Origin: Penicillus capitatus
Taxonomy: Eukaryota > Plantae > Chlorophyta
NCBI GenBank assembly: GCA_965649825.1
Contig: OZ287706.1
Span: 372,001 to 436,000 of the forward strand
Length of the DNA: 64,000 nt
Direction of reading: 5' to 3'
Shown: positions 62,740-64,000 of the stretch, piece after piece
How the letters are laid out: each line of letters begins with the position of its first letter
Position numbering within the stretch: position 1 is the first letter of the stretch
Made by a program: the position numbers and the translations under genes
The notes under the pieces: generated by a model
Database searches by the model: none
Seen by the model: the letters and a program-made list of their open reading frames with translations, nothing else
Told to the model about the DNA's origin: nothing

Positions 62740-64000
62740 TTATGTCTTGATTGGTGTCGTCGCTGTAGTCTTGGCCTTGTAGCACCATGTATCCTTCTTG
62801 TCTTCTGAAGTCTTCCACCAACAGCAGCCGTGCTCTTCGCACGAGTTTTGGTTGGCGAAATATCCTACAGTGCAAGACAGATAGCGTCTTCAGTCAACGA
62901 CGAACTGAAGCGGAGTGGCAGATGCTGACCGCATGGTTCACGGGCGGCCAGGGGAAAGACTTTGCAGGTCTCTGGGTCGAGCTCTGTATTCGGATAGAAG
63001 CAGACCACATCCGAGAATTCGGATCTGTTGTAACAGCAGCCCCTTCTCTGGCATTCTTCTTCCGTTAGACGGCTCGTGCCTGTCCAGATCAGAGTCGAAA
63101 CGTCACATCTTCGGAATACAGACGACCTCATACTCACCGCAGTTACTTCTATGAAGATGATTCGCGCAGTACTTGTAGTGCTTACTAATCACGTAAAAAC
63201 AGGCAACTCCGTTTGATGTATCCAGATCTCTGCTCCAGCAGCAGCCTTTTGCCGCGCACATTTCCGGCGTCTTCTCCTTTCCTAGGTGTTCGAACAACGA
63301 TCGATGAGTGACACTGAGTGGATCGTTTACCGCATTCGTTAATGTAAGAACCTGTCGGTGGAGAACAGCCAAACGAAGTACCCGACGGATGGAGTGTCTC
63401 TGGTAAGACAAATGGACTGGGCTGCGGCGGTGGCTTTGGTGAAGTAACCGGACTAGGCCGCGATGATGACTTAAACCTTCTTGCAAGCTCCGCCATCAAC
63501 GCATCCTGGCCCTCAGCCGTTTGCGGCGACCCAACTTGTTCCGGAAGCTTTGCCGTCAAGCCTTTCTCGCTCGCTGGCGTTTGCCGCGACTTGACCTTTT
63601 CCGCAAGCTTCGCCATCAACGCATCCTGGACTTCAGTCGTTTGTGGCGACCCAATCTTCTTCGCCAGATCCTTCGACGCTTTCTTGCGCTCAGGCGTTTG
63701 CGCCAACCCGGTTTTCTTCGCAGGCTCTGTCTTCGACGCCCTCTTGCGCTCAGGCGTTTGCGGTGGCTGGTACTTGGCCGGTGGCTCCTTTTTCAACACC
63801 ACCTTGATCTTGGGTGTTTTCTCTGGCTTTGCCTTGCACACCTGCGAATACCGTGCGGATGTGAGACATCAAGTGTTGCTCTCGACACAGAATATTCATC
63901 AAGAGCAAATGAATGAAACCAGTTTGCAGATACAACAGCAAGCACTGCATGCGTCGAGAGTACCTCGAGAAATTTTTTGCAGACGGACAGGTCGGGCGGA
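62740..64000 (-). CDS. Protein with Lys/Pro-rich repeat linker and three C-terminal trefoil (P-type) domains, 5' partial
   Basis: Three 6-Cys units: CSPPTGSYINECG|KEKTPEMCAAKGCCWSRDLDTSNGVACFY; CANHLHRSNCG|TSRLTEEECQRRGCCYNRSEFSDVVCFY; CKVFPLAAREPCG|YFANQNSCEEHGCCWWKTSEDKKDTWCY. TAA at 62742-62740; the frame appears open to the window edge. Confidence 0.85.
63480..63770 (-). repeat. Coding tandem repeats (~60-bp / 20-aa units) in the trefoil-protein linker
   Basis: QTPERKRASK.. / QTPERKKASK.. and GSPQTTEVQDALMAKLA / GSPQTAEGQDALMAELA; the DNA duplications are directly visible. Confidence 0.85.

Overview
Eukaryotic nuclear DNA from a green alga, with dense GT-AG introns of ~45-60 bp and the standard genetic code. 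Evidence for the lineage: plastid-biogenesis genes (CCB2, RbcX-like, YaaW-like), flagellar RSP3 and a plant-type H3.3. A siphonous ulvophyte (Bryopsidales-like) is my inference, not shown by the sequence. There are three zones. (1) 1-20.5 kb: very compact housekeeping genes (SEL1L/HRD3, SEN2, ERD2, MINPP1, GATA TF, PECT, AKR, RSP3, RbcX-like, TIM8, MED25, CCB2, YjeF_N-PNPO fusion, SLOG-like) with start/stop spacings as short as 24 bp and one TGATG stop/start overlap. (2) 23-48 kb: a gene-sparse, co-oriented tandem array of nine paralogous genes for secreted Ala-rich proteins of no family I recognise. The eight canonical copies share a 19-aa signal-peptide exon, an R/K-x-L-L/K/Q propeptide motif, two conserved Cys and identical intron positions; seven have a TATA box. 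The copies differ in net charge, one carries an 8-Cys tail, and the ninth is highly divergent. (3) 49-64 kb: MetAP2, YaaW-like, DXO/RAI1, a possible SHOC1-like gene, a TOP2 pseudogene fragment with a Tc1/mariner-type element in one intron, histone H3.3 and a partial triple-trefoil-domain gene. All gene models were spliced by hand and all homology calls come from remembered family motifs, so each needs database confirmation.
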